Shown here piece by piece: positions 36,366 through 49,804 of a stretch of DNA of 64,000 bases (position 1 is the first letter of the stretch; each line of letters starts with the position of its first letter). The notes under the pieces were generated by a model. The model saw nothing but the letters and a program-made list of their open reading frames with translations. It did no database searches and was not told the origin of the DNA. Source of the stretch: Magallana gigas (lineage: Eukaryota). The DNA is taken from NCBI RefSeq assembly GCF_963853765.1, contig NC_088857.1:48236001-48300000 (forward strand), written 5' to 3'. Made by a program: the position numbers and the translations under genes.

Positions 36366-39300
36366 AAAGTATATACTTAGAACAAAACAGGAAGTCCTCC
36401 AATATAACGCATCGTAATGTTCAATGTACGCGCCCAATGGTATACAACCATTACATGGCTTTGATCACTTGTATTGTAACACAGCTATTTCATGGGTTAA
36501 CCTTTATATAGCTTAACTGTGTGTTACATATTCACTGGGGGTGGGGGTTGGAGGGGGGATAAAAAATATATTTTTGTACAGCAACACACGTATGTATCGA
36601 TGAGGGTACCTTTGTAATGTTAAATTTAGACGAAATTCTTGCTTCAATCTTACTGGAATATATATTTTGGTATACTTGTTTATTCGCTCCTACAAGATAT
36701 TGTGTATCTTAGAGGGGCGGTTTTATTGACTATTCTAGACATTTCAAAATGAAAAATAAACTTTGAGAAATTTGAGCTCAAATCGTGTCTCTTTAACATT
36801 GCGAAAACCTATTTGATGGCTCCCTACAGTAAAGTCAAACGATAATTTGTTTTATATTCGGACTTGAATTGAGAATATTTCAAATCTTGAGCAATTTGAA
36901 ATATTTTGCAATAAATATATATGCATGGCTAGAGCTGTCTCTTTAACAGAACAAAAAGAGCCAACCAAGTAGCTTTGGGTGTTGACTTTTCTTGTTCTTT
37001 ACTAGGGTACATGTACACCCATCGACTTACTCATTACAACACTTCGTGGAGAGTTTTGGTAGTCCCTGTTCATACATTTGTTAACAGCAATATTATATGT
37101 CGATAATAGCAGAACAAATGCATTCAATCATACAAGTTTCGAACATGAAGAAAATTTATTTCTACTTCCAAGTAGAATTGAAAGCACAACATGCGAGAGA
37201 AAGCGGCATCAAAATACAAATGTATAAAGAGTATCATAATTTTACCTGTAGAAAAATACAGCACCTTACAATCATGAAAAAAACTTGTATATGGAACATT
37301 TTTTCTTTAAAAAACCTCCAATACCTGCATAAATCTGCTATAAAAGTATATGACAAAATATATATATATATATATATATTCCTTCTTAGATTAGAAAGAT
37401 TTTTTTTTCAAATAATGCCAAACAAAATTGTCAGCACTCTATTACCCTGCCCACTTACAAAAATCAACAATAATGAATAAAGACAAAACAGAATTCTCAA
37501 AAGAAATGAGAAAACATTTATAGCAAAAGAGATAGATAGTACCTAATAGTAGAGTTTGAGTAATACGATTACAAATTTCACAAAGGCAATATTTACCGGT
37601 AATTCACAGTTTTTTTTAGCACACAGATAAATTACAATGATCATCAAAGTTATGGGAAACATACCAGCATATTAGCAAAAAAAAGACAGATATGATCCAA
37701 TAGCAGAGATTAACGTCACAAATCCATTACATCATAAAGGTTAAAATTACCGTTATTCACAATTTTTCAGCACACAGATATAATTGTACATCCGTGTATA
37801 TCCCTAGATATAGTTACTTTGTGTATTTACTTACACATGTCACACTAAAAATGTTGAAGAATTATTAATTAAAAAAAAATAGTTTTAGTCATATGGAAAA
37901 TAAAATTGAAACAACTTCTTTTGTCCAATTGCTAAGGCAAGCAGTTAAGCAATAAAATTTCTGGTAACTCCTCTTGCCATTGCAACATTTCGTATAACAT
38001 TGCACAAAGCGTAAAAAAGTAACTGAAATATTAACGCCCGCCACCGCTTTTAATTAGAAATATGAATCTTTTAAATACTAGTAGGTATCATTTCTCTTTA
38101 ATCCTGGAACTGATTTCCTACAAGTCCCATAACAACAAGCATTTTTTCCTGGTTGTTGTTTTTTTTATATATATATATATTTACGAGATTGGCAAGGAGC
38201 GGGTTGTTGTCATGGTAACTGGTGTGCATAAAAATCAAACTACATGTGAATCCCATTAAAAGTGAAAGGATATATATTAGGACGGTTTCTGACCCAATTA
38301 AACTCATATGATGATTGTCGACAATGAAGGTCATGTGATCATTTCATAGACTATCAAAAGTTGTGGGAGAATGTGTTTGGACATCTTGAATAGATTAAGG
38401 TTAGTCTGGCGATACAGGTCATTTGGACCCTATTGATGGATTAAGGGTAAATAAACACAGCGTGTTGAAGAATGTTCAAACTTTTGTAGATCCAAACACA
38501 CTCAAATAAGCAGTTTTTTAAATATTGCATAGAGAGGGGGTAAACGACTCTCAAGCGTCGACACTTTAGAATATACATGTATACGGTTCTTAGGACACAG
38601 AAAAAAATTGCATTGCTTGTGGGGATCATACGATTACCCTGTACACGATAGGCAAAGAATATCAAGTATACCGGTCTCTGGTTGCATTGAAAGGAAAAAA
38701 ATACAAAACTACAAACTTGTAAAAGATGTAAATAAATACATAATTATACGTATTTTACAAACAAAAAGCATGAAAACGTAAATAATATGAACCATGAACC
38801 ATGAAACCCCAAAAATAAATTCACGAACGTGCATGAAAGCGACAACTGTGAAAAGTAGCATCCAACATGTGAAGAGGAAAACATAATTTTGCATGCAACA
38901 GCATAACGAGTGAATGAACTTATTCAATGTAAATAAAGCAGGACAATATGCATTGCATTACACTATAGTTCAATAAACAGATCTCTAAAACTTCATCAAT
39001 ACAGATCATTAGGTACGTATTCCACTGAGACCACATTAATGTTGACTAGTGATAAACAAAATGTGGGAAAATGTATAAACTTACAATGGATTTTTGTTTC
39101 ATATAAAATTGACATCAATGCAATTCATATAGAACCTGTATTCAACTAAACAAAATTTTAGATATAATGTAAAATTCGATCATTTGATCATTCTTTTTTC
39201 CCATTACATGCTCTCATATGACATTGTATTCAAAACCTTAAAGGTGTAATACTCAAAAGTGTGTGTGTGTGCACGCCACGTGTGGATATATCACAGACAG

Positions 39301-39585
39301 TTCATTTTCTGGGATCTTGGGATAGACCGAATACACTGGTTTGATTATTCCATATCTACTTCAGCTCATCCATTACTGTATTTTTTGTTATGATCTATGT
39401 AATAGGATTATTCATCTCTCCAGGCCAGGGAATTCATCACTGAATCGGATCGATCTTTCTCTGAATAATTTCCACGACTGAATAACTATTAAACCAGTGA
39501 AACAGAAACTGATCCGTGCAGTTTCCCGGCCCGATTCCCTCTTGACGTGTTTACTTATGGCCAGGCTGTTGAGTATGGATGATGA

Positions 39586-41562
39586 TTAGACACAATAGCA
39601 ATATAACCGCCGTAACCTATCGCCGTGGTCAATACAAGAAGACTGGTTGCCGTAAGCGTTTGTTCGCAATATGGTCCCTAATATTTTAATGTCGTTAGCG
39701 GCTCTGTAATCAATCCTTGCTTCAAATAACGCGTTGCCGGGTTCTGTGTGTAAGCTGATGAGAAAGCGGGTCGCGCTTTCCACTTTCCAAAAGTATCCCC
39801 GTAATGAAAAAGCACGCTCTTGGGATAAATCCCTCTGCATATCGGGGAATATGAGCGAGGCGTGCCGAATGGATTTGTATTCCACTTTGGCACACTTCGA
39901 TCGCACTTCCTTCAGAATGTCGTTAATTTTATTGACAACAAAACGCGCCGCAGTCTGAATTCTTTCGTCGGAGGTCGGAACTCTGACGGAGGAATAACAT
40001 GGACAGAAGACGTCTGATATCCGCGCCTCCGCACAACTTCGAGAAGAAGGAATCTCTCTAAACAAACTAATCTCATGCGGAATCATACCGTCTTCGTTAG
40101 GTGTAACTACAGGTTGTTTCTCGTAGTTTGCATAGAGAATGTCTTTTAACATCAGAAACACATCATGGTTGGTTGTTAGTCGCTCTGTGTTAATTTTCAT
40201 ATTCTTGGCAATATGTGGGTATTTTTCAGTCAAACGTTTCGGTAATGCAATTGACATCAAAGGTAAAAGGTTAGAAACCCTGCCGATATCCGTATTTTGA
40301 ATTTCACTGTATCTGGGACCATGGTCACTAAAAAACAAAAGCACTGCATTGTCTAACTTTCCGGATTCTTTAAGCCACTTAAACAGGTCACGAATGTCAC
40401 CGTCAGCCAGTTCCACCATGTTGAAAAAATCATGGGCTAACTCGTTAATCCATGAAAATGCGAATTTTCTCGTGTTTCCATAGGTCTCAATAAATTTCTT
40501 GTAATAGTTCATAAGGATTTTATACCTCTTTTCATTTCCAAAACACAGCGCAGAAACTTTCCGAAGTGGTATATTATGACTCTGTAGAAATTGGAAACTT
40601 TTGTCCAAAGCTAAGTAAGACGGTCGAACCTGATCCATCGCTTGAACTAATGGCTGCGAGTAATGCATAGAGGGTTGATCAGTAAATCCCTTAAATGTGG
40701 CCACTTTGTACCAATCTTCAACAAAAACGTTGACTGCACCATGTTCAGAAAAATTCTTGAAAATGAAAGGCAATTTGTGAACAGGTGGCACTGGTGAAGT
40801 ATTGTCTGAAATCAACCCGGTCAGTAGAGGGTTCAGATTGGGAAAGGAGCTATCACCCAAACGTGTGTGTCCGGTGAAAACGTAGGCACCTAAATTCTGA
40901 CGAAGATATTTCATGGTTTTGGGTAGTTTCCTTTCGGCAATGAGTCGGGAAACAGAGTCTAAACCAAATGCGATCACACTTAGCCTGTCCAGGGATTCGT
41001 TGACTAATTTCTTTGATTTTAAAATGGGTTTTGCATCTATATTGAAATGCAGATTATTGTAGACGCGGTTCTTTTGATTGTTGAAACATTCGACATGAAC
41101 GAAATCTCCATCGAGGTATGTAGGTTTCGTGTATAAATGTTTTTCAGAAAACACAAACTCTGTCTCCGACTTTCTATGAATATATCTATAATGGCACTGA
41201 ATATCGTGTAATCCCGAGAGTCCAACGGCAGAATTGTTTAACGTCAGTTTCCCGGATGACGTCACATAAAATATATTCAACCAACCCTCACATGGCAATG
41301 GTTGCTGAGACCAGAACTGGTCGCTAATTGATTTGTCATAAATGTCAAACACCGGAATAAGACACGGAGCGTGAACATTTCTGTTTCGAAAAACTTGGAA
41401 GACGGGCATGTATATCAGCATATTTATGTACGTTAATCCGACGATGGCTAAAATGGCCAAAAATACCCTTCCTTGACATGTCCCAAAGAGGAAGCGCGAG
41501 ACTTTCCTCCGAGAGTTACAGATCATAATCGGCGTGATTAGATAATCCCTCATTACCGCCAT
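39586..41562 (-). CDS. DUF229-family protein (alkaline phosphatase/sulfatase-like fold, type II membrane anchor), about 658 aa, single coding exon
   Basis: Long ORF 39586-41586. The listed TTG start overlaps a splice acceptor (TTGCAG at 41581-41586), and the first ATG is at 41562. N-terminal TM helix (VFLAILAIVGLTYINMLIY). Motifs GLDSVSRL, GHTRLGDSSFPNL, FFSDHGPRY, LTTNHDVF and RSCAEARISDVFCPC match the pattern I recall for DUF229 proteins. Confidence 0.85.
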   Translation of the reverse strand: MAVMRDYLITPIMICNSRRKVSRFLFGTCQGRVFLAILAIVGLTYINMLIYMPVFQVFRNRNVHAPCLIPVFDIYDKSISDQFWSQQPLPCEGWLNIFYVTSSGKLTLNNSAVGLSGLHDIQCHYRYIHRKSETEFVFSEKHLYTKPTYLDGDFVHVECFNNQKNRVYNNLHFNIDAKPILKSKKLVNESLDRLSVIAFGLDSVSRLIAERKLPKTMKYLRQNLGAYVFTGHTRLGDSSFPNLNPLLTGLISDNTSPVPPVHKLPFIFKNFSEHGAVNVFVEDWYKVATFKGFTDQPSMHYSQPLVQAMDQVRPSYLALDKSFQFLQSHNIPLRKVSALCFGNEKRYKILMNYYKKFIETYGNTRKFAFSWINELAHDFFNMVELADGDIRDLFKWLKESGKLDNAVLLFFSDHGPRYSEIQNTDIGRVSNLLPLMSIALPKRLTEKYPHIAKNMKINTERLTTNHDVFLMLKDILYANYEKQPVVTPNEDGMIPHEISLFREIPSSRSCAEARISDVFCPCYSSVRVPTSDERIQTAARFVVNKINDILKEVRSKCAKVEYKSIRHASLIFPDMQRDLSQERAFSLRGYFWKVESATRFLISLHTEPGNALFEARIDYRAANDIKILGTILRTNAYGNQSSCIDHGDRLRRLYCYCV

Positions 41563-42626
41563 CCTTGTGTTCTTCAATATCTGCAACGAAATAAGGACAG
41601 GTTAATCATTTGCCTCTTTAAATATATAGATATTGACAATGAACGCAAAACAAACCATGCTACGATTCCTATTTTGGTTCGGCTGAAGCAGCTCAATAAT
41701 GTTGTGATCGCGAACTGGGAAATGAATGTCAAATAAAGTAAATAATGCATAATGCCATGCGCGACAAATACCCAAACAGTTTAAATCGATTTCTAAGTGA
41801 CCCATGCTATATTTCTGAAAATAATAAATCTTAAATTTTTGAACTGTGAAATTGTCAATTACTTTGAAAGATTTCGAAATGTGAGTTACATACTCGTTCG
41901 CTAGGGCACGTGGTGAGCGATTATCTGTAATTGGAGTGTCGCCTCGTATTGCTTTTGTACAGATGAGTACTAAGTTTTTTGTTGGGTAAACAATCAGGAT
42001 TGGTGCGTTTTAGACACGAATTTACGGGGCAAACACGGCGTTCAATTAGATAATCAATGAAAGCAGTTCTTTAGACAAGTGGACACAGGCATGGAAAGAC
42101 CTTTAAACGAAATCTTTCCAATATTTGAAATTAGCTCTCAACGATTCCTTTGTCCACTGCGCGTTTCCAGCTCGGCTTATCTCTTTCATAAGGATGAATG
42201 AAGTGTTTGAGGCGAATATAGCAGCAGCACGCTGGGCTAGTTCATAGCAGATAAATAACAGTAATCTACAAAGGCTATCCTCTACCAAAACAGTGTACAT
42301 CTCTTTCCTTAATCGTCTCATATCCATAAGATTGACAGTCACACAAACCATTTTTCTGATTTCGAAATCAGAGCCCTATTTCGTGAACTCGGGAATACTC
42401 AAAGGAATGGTCGATATCCAACTTCAAAAATTGTTGTTGTTTACACTAGCTTAAAAGTACGCGTTGGATATTAAATCAGTTCATAGTTTTAATACATGAT
42501 AGATAAATGCATCGCTCTAAAATAATTCAAAGGGAGTACTAAACTGATATTAAACAGATATCTTATTCGAAATTCCACAGTACCGCGTATTTTGTGAGGG
42601 AGACACAAAATGGGCTAATTGAAATG

Positions 42627-42647
42627 AGTGTGTGTCAGTGAGTGTGA

Positions 42648-42695
<48 letters not shown>
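42627..42695. repeat. Compound (GT)n(GA)n microsatellite
   Basis: Direct reading. Confidence 0.9.
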
Positions 42696-42696
<1 letters not shown>

Positions 42697-43837
42697 GTGA
42701 AAGTTGGCTTTACCGTGCTCTCCTTTCCAGTTCTGTCTTGAATATAGCGACCAAAATCAAAAACAAACAATGATCCACGCGGGCTTTAATCCTAGCACTC
42801 ATTAAAAGTGTATATTTGTTAAGACTATTATTGGGGGAATTATGGTTCTAGTAAGACAGAGTTGACCCACGTGGACACCTTATCCGCTCTGCTTTCTATG
42901 CATGTATACAAATAATACACAGCTAGAAGAACGCATAAGATGCCCCTGTGGCTGACCGTTAAAAATCAAGGGTTGGAAAAGACTTAAACGGCATGGGATT
43001 TCGTTACTCTGGCTAACAAAACAAGGATTATCTTGTTAAAGAATCAGGTGTCTGGAAAGTCAAAAGAAATTGTAATAGGATCCGGTTTTTGTGCAATAAT
43101 TGTACTTCTCTATCGGAGTTGTTAAAATCTCTATCGGCTTTACAGAAAAAAAATATAAATTATACTTTTTCCTCTGAATGGTCTACCCTGAGCTTAATTG
43201 GCGCTAGTTGTTAGGTTAATTTCCATGGAAGTAGTCTGTACACAGTTTATAGAACACGATTAAACCTGAGAGCCAACAACAAAAGGTATTAACGTCTAAA
43301 CCCTGCACTTAATTTGAGGATCATCCCTATGATAATTATCTCTAGCATCTGAATTGGGAGATGTTCCCTAAGATTTCACATCAAATGAAGATCTTGAAAA
43401 CAATTTTTTTTTAATCATTGAAAATCAAGATATGATAAAAGAGTGTACCTGACATACCGGAGAAATATTGCTATAATAATACATGCATGCAAAAATCTGT
43501 TTTATTATTGAAAAACAAAATTATCTGTTCATAATGAACAGTGAAATGCAGTAACATTATATTGGATTTGTATAGTTTAGAACTTGGTGAGCGTATTTAA
43601 AAATAGCCAAACAAACAAACAATTTAAGAGTTAGAACATCTTCCCAAGTCAAAGGTTTCTGATCCGCTCTGTTACTCACAAACCTACTCCCACGCCCTGG
43701 GTTTGCGAGTAGCGAAGCGGACAAGAAACTCTTAAAGATGGTGTCAGAATCGATCTAATAATTACGACATGCTTTGTTTCCAAACGAACCACTTTTTACG
43801 AGTGTTATGTAAGCATGCAAAACAAAGAATCGCAGTG

Positions 43838-43962
43838 CAATATGGATCAAGTATTACATTGATAGATCAATATGGATCAAGTATTACATTGATAGATCAA
43901 TATGGATCAAGTATTACATTGATAGATCAATATGGATCAAGTATTACATTGATAGATCAATA
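43838..43962. repeat. Perfect 30-bp tandem repeat x4
   Basis: CAATATGGATCAAGTATTACATTGATAGAT repeated four times. Confidence 0.95.
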
Positions 43963-44206
43963 AAATACAGCGCATCAAATGTCAAAAATGCAAGCGACTG
44001 TATAGTTCATCAATCTCGAATTTCAACAAAATGTGCTGCCTCCGAAACCACAAGCTAGTTTCTATGCATACATACTGTTAATGTACATTGTAAAGCCCCA
44101 TTATCTTTGTTTATACGTGTACTTACAAAGGATGAAGTAAAATGCGACACATAGTATCTTAATACCAAATTCAAATTTTGGAATTTCTATTTGCATGTAC
44201 TTAACC

Positions 44207-44209
<3 letters not shown>

Positions 44210-44283
<74 letters not shown>
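44210..44283. repeat. (AT)n microsatellite
   Basis: Direct reading. Confidence 0.95.
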
Positions 44284-44287
<4 letters not shown>

Positions 44288-47200
44288 CCCTTACATAAGA
44301 TAAAACAATCACATGGGATATACATACATCTATTTATGGTTGGACTTCATTTTCATTCGAATCGTGTATCACGCGTGTCACGTGACATATATATCGGTCC
44401 GCGTGTTCGACGGGACTGTGTCTGTGTGGAGAAAGCTTTACGTCGGTAACAAGTTTCAGATGTGCAACCGGGTGTAACGAAATCGAAGAGTTTATATACC
44501 TGTGTGTCGGTGCCTATTTACGAGCGGTGTTCAGCTTTAATTGGGGCGATTCTGGTTACAATGTACATACAATGTCACTTGATATTTAACGCCCATTCTA
44601 TTAATATTTATTTATTAATAAGACAGGGTCACAATCCAGAACGAAATTCGCTGTTCCAGGGTTGTACAAAATCACCGATAATGCGCCCACCATTACATTA
44701 AAAAGACGACACATGCACTAACACTAATCAAGGTGAATCGTTTTTCTTCAGTCTCATTTGAAAATAATTGAAATTATTGTAGATTTTCAATAATTCATTG
44801 GATAAAAGCGAGTCGCTGACATACCGCTATGTTTCGGGATATCATGCTTTTAAAGGTTGTGAGACATTAGCTTCTTATTAAATACAAGAGAGTATGGGTA
44901 AGCTTTCAAAGATCAAACATTACCTTGGTGAGACTTTTTGAGTAACAGACAGGGACCTTTGCATGAATCCGTCTCTTTTTTCTTCTAAAAATGTGATAAC
45001 ATAATCTTTAAAGAACGAGAAATGTTATACTTGCAGGACGAAATCAAATGAAGACTGCTTTGAAAACGTTCTTACATGTTTACAAATGCCCGTGCGTTAT
45101 TATAGGAGTAATTGACCACAATTAAACTAATTACCAACCCCTGTTAGTTATTGTGTTTGTAAAGCTGTTATAAGAAACAGGTTTAAACAAGTTGTAAGGA
45201 AAATAACGTACATCTAAGTTTTTCTGTTTGCGAAATCCAGATAAATGTACGATATAACTTTACACACACCAAGTTCACTGATCTTTGAATGAGGTCAATG
45301 TTCCTCAAACATATGTCTTATCACAGTTATATTAACATATCAAAATATCCTAACCAAGACGCAATAAAATCGGAAGGGGGCACTTTTTTGAGCATGTGTT
45401 CCCGCCCCCTATAACTCCACCCCCCCCCCCCAACCCCCCGGACATGATTACAGCGATAATTATATCATGTATCACCCCATTCTCCTTTATCAAACTGTTT
45501 TGTGTACATTATATTTAAAAACCTGACCAAAAAAAATGTATTAATGACAAAATATAGTACTTACAGTTGTAGGAAAATGCACGCACAAATTTATAATATT
45601 ATCGGTTCCATTGCATTCTAGAACAGAGAGGAATGACGTCGTTAATTATGACGTCGCCTACACCTGGATAGAGGGACACTCTCTAGTCAAGGATACAAAT
45701 CGCATTACCCTGATGACCGAAACATGGCAGACAATGCAAGACGACGATGGCAAATCTGTTGTTTTAATGAAATCTGAGAATAACTGAATTGGTCCAATTA
45801 ATATTGTCGAAAATTGAACTGGTAAAATGCAAATTACCTGTATATTGATCCCAAACGCAATTCGCTGTTATTGTACCAAATTATCAAATATGACCAACAT
45901 GGGAACATACTGTTTTAAACACACTATCCCGCCCTTTCATTTCATAGATAAAGTTATAATCTATACATGGTTGCCAATTGGGTTTTTTTTGGGGTTTTTT
46001 TTTTACGAAAGCTGTAGCGACAGATAATAAGTCAATTTCACAGCATATGCAGGCGACAGATGTATCCTGAAAAGTTACAGATGAAAAAAAGTATCGCTTA
46101 CCTGTTGTTTATATAAATACCTGTGAATTTTTAATGGCAAATGGCTTATCAAATCACGGAACATAATAATAGTAATGAAAAATAAAGAATTTGAAATACA
46201 GACAATATATTACAGAAGTGGTGAATCGGAAAATAACTTTGTCATCTTATAATACACATAATAATCAACAAAACTTTGACGAATTGAGTTTTGACAAGAC
46301 GTACATACTTTTTTACATTACCTGTGTGTGTTGACAAGATCCAACGTCCAAAATAGTGATAAACCAATTGAAAACACGTTCCTGGGGTTTCCAGGGCTGG
46401 TTCACTTGGTTTCATTTGTATACAGGATTGGTGACAGAAAAAGTTTAAATACTGCGCAGACCATTCACCGTGGAATCGCACTTTAAAAAATTACGCTTTT
46501 TGAAAAGTTTTTGCACACATGGGTCGAGGCATCTTCGCTAGCCAAGAGTAACGATCCGCTCCTCATCAAATATTACGTTGATTTTTGAGGGCTTTTTTTT
46601 TGGGGGGGGGGGAGACAATCCGAAGCCTACTTTCCGTAATTTTACTATGTAGATTTCATAAGTTTGAATTTTCTAGGAGGGTGACCGGACCCCCCAACCC
46701 CACTCCCACTAGATCATCGCATGGAGATCTGGATTTAAACATAGTGCATGGAGGGGCGGTGACATCATCGCCCTAAAATTTAGGTGTCCCCACCACCACT
46801 CCCTTTATTATCAATCTGCGGTGGGGTTTTCAGATTCATAGCAAGGGTTTTAAAGAAACATTTAAACTGACAATTTTTGGAAGATTGTCGAATTTTTTAA
46901 ATATTTTACATGTCAAGATGTTGGAGTAGGTCTGCCCCCTCTTTTAAACGCGTGCCTGTTTTTGCCTGTTTGTGGACGCGTAGGAATGTCTTTAACAAAG
47001 TTTTTATCTTTATAGGTACATATAAACGTACGGCAATGAGACAGTGTCTCCCTTTGTCTGGTAAAAACATACATGTAAGCAGTGATCTCATCAGAATTTA
47101 GGCATACATGTATGTAGAACCCCCTAGAAAAATCTCTAGATCCGAGCATGTTGTGATATCCATAATTGTTTTTTATAAAAATATAATATATATGACACAT

Positions 47201-48734
47201 GACGTTATATAGTTAAGTCCGACGCTAATTAAAGGCAGTAAGCAAACTTTGTGTTTTCAGAAATTAGGAACAATTTGTTGTCGATAATATCTTCGTAGAA
47301 TAGTTTTTGACAAATAATCCAATGGAAACATGAATTGAAATATTTTGTTTAATCGTGTTTCATGTATTTTATAAAAGGAAAACACAAAGCAGTTACACGA
47401 AAAGCGCAACATCCATTGTTTGTTGACTTCACTTATTGAGCTGATACAGTTTTCATAATAGTTCGATACTTTGGTTCTGATGTGCTTTAAAATGACAAAA
47501 GCTTTATCATACAAACAAACATATATTATCATCCACAATTCTTTTTTGATTACAATTTCATTTTGTAACAAGCAGATTTATTGATTCGTTTGAAGAGCAT
47601 TTGTATAGTGTTTGCCTACTACGAGTCTATATCACGAAAACCGTGTATCGTGCTTATCGTGCGTTATCTTATCGAATCGTGCACATGTCCGATTAATCTG
47701 CGTTTACTTTACGTATCCATAATATCGTTAGTATATCCTAAATATTGTGCGTTAATATCATCGTGTTTTCTCAGTTAACATTCTGATACCTGCTGCATAT
47801 TAAATAGAATGTTCTATCGTTAGAATGACAGAAGACTGGCCAGGGAAAGATTCTTCTCTCTTAATATAGGTTGGTCTCTTGATGACATAACTATTCATAG
47901 TATCAGGACGCTTATATCATTGATATTTTTAGAACGAGATTCTTCTAGAGGTGCTGACTATACAAAATAGCGAGTATGCGTAGAAAAAAGTTTGCTTTTA
48001 AAGTTACTTATGTATGGTATATCCAGAATATTTTCTGATATCATTAAGGTTAATTATTATATGGATTATTTTCTGGTCGTCATTGATAATTCTTTATTTT
48101 TAAACTAGAAAATGCTTTAAAGGACATAAAAGGTCGATTCATTGAACACAGAAAATTTGAGTTCAAGAAAATTTACCCGATAAAGAAAAACCAATATACT
48201 TATGTTAATTATAAATATCAAAAATCCAAAACGCAAACAATTTCATTACTGTGTACACTTATATTGTTTGAATTTACAATAACAAAACCTCATCAATTAA
48301 TGTGTATTGTATGTACTTGATAAACAGATTTACTGCAAATAAAGTGATATGCAAGTTACCGGTACAAATATAGTACAATTCGAAATTTCAAAATGGTGAA
48401 TAGATTTTGATTATGGGGTACCTTCTCAAGGTGCATGTTGCATACTACCTTAGAATTGTAAAACCTGAAAAGTACAAAGCTTACTAGTGTTACATGCACT
48501 GTGGTAGAGGAGTTACATTGCAAACCTTATTTTAATCATCATAGACAGAGTACAAGTTGATTTTTTCTTTAAGTGTACCATTCCTTCTCCTTCAAGAGTA
48601 TGCATGAGGATTTTCTGAGATATGCTGATTTGAGATGCATGGTGAACCAGTTTGAATGCTGACTTGAGATGCATGGTGAACCAGTTTGAATGATTTCCCA
48701 CTGATCTGCCTCACATAAGACCCACTATAGTTAA

Positions 48735-49581
48735 AACAAGAGGCCAATGGGCCACATCTCTCACCTGAACAACAATAGCCATGATAATAAAATCGGTTTA
48801 ATGGAGTCGTATAGAAAATATTAAGAACATGTAGTTCCGTAGACCCTGTATAAAAGAAATTCAAATTTTTGTCATGGTGACTTATTAAACATTGAGCCCC
48901 TTTTGTATCAGGATGATTTCATATAGTCATATCACATACTGAGCTTGTCAGTTCTCAAAAACAATTGAGATCAACAAAATATCAAGATGCTTGCATATGA
49001 GTAATACCGTATTATCTAACATTTCATATCATAACATTTGAATTTTTCAGAACACATGTAGTATTAAAAATTGTATGTTAAATTGGAACCCCCGACCCTT
49101 ACACCCATGTGGCCCAACCTACCTCCGAAGATCATGGCTTGAATAAATTAATTCTACACTACCTGAGGACGCTTCCACACAAAGTTCAGCTTTTCTTTTT
49201 TCTTTTTTTTCTAAACATTCCTTTGTAAGATTGGTAAAAAAATAGATCCCACAATATGACATGCCTAAACAAAGAGTGTGTTAAAATTTCAAACATCTGC
49301 AATGAATAGTTGCTGAGAAATCTTTGACAAAAATTTGTTTGAAAATTAAGGCTAAATATAGACAGTCATCATTTAACAGGAAGTTGATGTTCAATTGGTA
49401 CAAAAATAAATCCCACCATATGACATGCCTAAACAAAGATTGAGTTAAAATTTCAAGCACCTGCTATGAATAGTTGCTAAGAAAAATGTGACCGAATTTT
49501 TGTTAGGGACAGACGGAGGGACAGATAGATACACGAGAGTAAAACAATATACCCCCTTCTCCTTCAGAGCGGGGGGTATAA
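48735..49581 (-). mobile_element. Helentron/Helitron-like non-autonomous element (reverse orientation) with an internal ~177-bp duplication
   Basis: Begins AACAAGAGGCCAATGGGCCACATCTCTCACCTGA, the reverse complement of the HINE 3' end. Has a GACA-type microsatellite and a TATACCCCC...GGGGGGTATA hairpin at the other end. CCCAC(A/C)ATATGACATGCCTAAACAAAGA occurs at ~49248 and ~49423. Confidence 0.65.
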
Positions 49582-49804
49582 TGAATGTTGAAGTAACAAA
49601 AACTATGATTTCCTCAACAGTGTGAGCATTCTTACAGAAAAAATAAAGTGTGAAGTTTAATACCTTGTCGGGTATTCCCAACTTTGCCTTTACAGCTAAC
49701 ACTATAAGAACAAATTTCGTTGAAATCATTCATCATGACAGGGAATGTAGTAGATCGGAACAAAATCTGACAGAAATTTTTCTAATGAATTGATTTTTTG
49801 GATC

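Noticed and set aside
37097-37480. 127-aa + strand ORF
   Set aside because: Very AT-rich, includes an (AT)n run, and has no motif; likely chance.
43838-43962. CRISPR-like regular 30-bp repeats
   Set aside because: Head-to-tail with no spacers, in a eukaryotic context; an ordinary minisatellite.
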